Assembly: GCA_046597705.1 (NCBI GenBank)
Contig: JBKJJZ010000126.1
Coordinates: 857 to 64,856 of the forward strand
Direction of reading: 5' to 3'
Length of the DNA: 64,000 bases
Source of the DNA: Vicinamibacterales bacterium
Lineage (GTDB): Bacteria > Acidobacteriota > Vicinamibacteria > Vicinamibacterales > SCN-69-37
The notes under the pieces were generated by a model. The model was not told where the DNA came from. It was given only the letters and a program-made list of their open reading frames with translations, and searched no databases. The position numbers and the translations under genes were made by a program. Shown in pieces: positions 63,450-64,000 of this stretch. The stretch's first letter is position 1. The number at the start of each line of letters is the position of its first letter.

Positions 63450-64000
63450 CTACCAAATCTTGACGCGCTTGCCTGGCTCCCGATAGAGCTTGTCGCCGGG
63501 CTTCACGCCGAATGCATCATAGAACGCGGGAATGTTTCCCAGGGGCGCATTGGCGCGGAACTCCGCCGGCGCGTGCGGATCGGACATGACCTGCTGCCGC
63601 AGATACTGTTCGCGCGCCTTCGTCCGCCACGCCTGCGCCCAGCCCATGAACACGCGCTGATCGCCCGTAAAGCCATCGATCACCGGCGACGGCTTTCCCT
63701 TGAGCGAAATCTTCCACGCCTTGTAGGCGATTGACAGGCCACCCAGGTCACCCAGGTTCTCACCAAGGGTCAGTTCACCATTGACCTTCAGGCCGGGCGC
63801 AGGGCTGAAGGCGTTGAACTGATCGATCAGGATCTGCGCGCGCTTCTGGAACTCTGTCTCGTCGGCAGGTGTCCACCAGTCGCGCAGCGCGCCGGTGCCA
63901 TCGAAGCGGCGGCCCTGGTCGTCGAAGCCATGGCCAATCTCGTGGCCGATGACAGCGCCGATCGAGCCGTAATTGACCGCATCGTCGGCTTCGAAGTTGA
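63450..64000 (-). CDS. M13-family zinc metallopeptidase (PepO / endothelin-converting-enzyme-like), C-terminal part; 5' end outside the window
   Basis: The frame is open to the window edge. Hand translation gives ...IGHEIGHGFDDQG...GENLGDLGGLSIAYKAW...IDGFTGDQRVFMGWAQAW...KIW, which has the HExxH motif and a typical M13 C-terminus. Confidence 0.8.
   Translation of the reverse strand, partial: NFEADDAVNYGSIGAVIGHEIGHGFDDQGRRFDGTGALRDWWTPADETEFQKRAQILIDQFNAFSPAPGLKVNGELTLGENLGDLGGLSIAYKAWKISLKGKPSPVIDGFTGDQRVFMGWAQAWRTKAREQYLRQQVMSDPHAPAEFRANAPLGNIPAFYDAFGVKPGDKLYREPGKRVKIW

Overview
High-GC bacterial chromosomal segment centred on the replication origin. A minus-strand block runs leftward from the origin: rpmH-rnpA-yidD-yidC-jag-mnmE-mnmG-rsmG, then parA-parB-selD, then atpHAGDC-PP2C-wzm-wzt. 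dnaA-dnaN-gyrB-gyrA run rightward on the plus strand. Flanking genes are mostly housekeeping: fabZ, serA, mfd, dus, surA-like, uvrD, glmS, glmU, rsmI, galU, serS, aspA-like, 1-Cys peroxiredoxin and tRNA-Ser(UGA). There is also a regulatory cluster at 6.3-11.8 kb (hybrid histidine kinase, FliA-like sigma factor, small DHp-like protein, excisionase-type HTH, NtrC-type sigma-54 activator) and one VapBC toxin-antitoxin pair. I found no convincing new multi-gene defence or mobile system, so the window looks like core genome. The points most worth a second look are: (1) an in-frame amber codon inside the conserved N-terminus of gyrA; (2) two inverted arrays of the heptamer GGTTCGA, each starting right after the stop of a flanking gene and bracketing a 3.5 kb segment; (3) a REP/REPIN-type repeat family (GTAG head plus an 8-bp-stem, 4-nt-loop hairpin) in many of the intergenic gaps, including a triple composite copy around a parS-like palindrome; (4) a well-formed sigma-54 promoter in front of the FliA-like sigma gene, next to an NtrC-type activator; (5) unusually tight operon couplings (atp-PP2C-ABC exporter, parAB-selD); (6) a desaturase fusion protein next to an LtaS-like enzyme. 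All calls come from reading the translated ORFs and the DNA by eye. No database search was run.
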